Origin: Candidatus Eiseniibacteriota bacterium
GTDB taxonomy: Bacteria; Eisenbacteria; RBG-16-71-46; JABDJR01; JAWXBZ01
Assembly (NCBI GenBank): GCA_034440375.1
Contig: JAWXBZ010000146.1
Location: forward strand, 1-36,648
Direction of reading: 5' to 3'
Length of the DNA: 36,648 nucleotides
Position numbers and translations under genes: made by a program. Positions 36,514 through 36,648 of this stretch are shown here, piece by piece (the first letter of the stretch is position 1; every line of letters begins with the position of its first letter). The notes under the pieces are model-generated. The model was given only the letters and a program-made list of their open reading frames with translations. It was not told where the DNA came from and searched no databases.

Positions 36514-36648
36514 TTGGCCCCAACAAGGAAAGCCGGGCCGCCGGGAAGCCGGCGGCGAGGGATCATCGCCGAGCGCGCCCGGCTGGAGGAGGATCGCCGC
36601 CGCGACCGGAACTGGAAGCGCTGGGGCCCATACCTTGCGGAACGCCAG
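36514..36648 (+). CDS. N-terminus of a GH63/MGH1-like glucosidase (runs off the window; absent from the ORF track)
   Basis: AAGGAG RBS, TTG at 36514, then MAPTRK...AERARLEEDRRRDRNWKRWGPYLAERQ, matching the WxxWGPYLxERQ N-terminal signature of this family. Confidence 0.75.
   Translation, partial: MAPTRKAGPPGSRRRGIIAERARLEEDRRRDRNWKRWGPYLAERQ

Overview
GC-rich bacterial chromosomal window. Two C-terminal 'PTTWxxIKTL' motifs and a T9SS/FlgD-type C-terminal domain suggest an FCB-related candidate phylum such as Ca. Eisenbacteria, Krumholzibacteria or Latescibacteria (inference). No rRNA, tRNA, CRISPR or transposase was seen. Main blocks: (1) a frameshifted beta-propeller lipoprotein gene; (2) a tightly coupled operon of glgA, ATP-grasp ligase, S51-like protein with Ala at the catalytic Ser position, esterase with an N-terminal Ig/CBM48-like domain, a second ATP-grasp ligase and a second esterase; (3) a GCS2-type carboxylate-amine ligase with CBS domains, an M14 desuccinylase/aspartoacylase, a desaturase and an OmpA lipoprotein, behind a sigma54-like promoter; (4) an MNT-HEPN toxin-antitoxin pair and an orphan ParA; (5) a minus-strand run of a BoxB/PaaA-like diiron protein, TolB-like protein, TPR lipoprotein, a SelW-like Rdx selenoprotein (CxxU, missed by the ORF track) and a GHL10-like protein; (6) vapBC, asnB, a YdeP-like molybdoenzyme and SRPBCC; (7) an ECF sigma/anti-sigma pair, a tandem-duplicated beta-helix protein, a TonB-dependent receptor, a lipoprotein and a DUF4097 protein; (8) the start of a GH63-like glucosidase. 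The best candidate for an undescribed system is the glycogen-synthase-linked amide-ligase/esterase cluster. The most clear-cut hidden feature is the UGA-recoded selenoprotein. All family calls come from motif recognition by eye, not from database searches.
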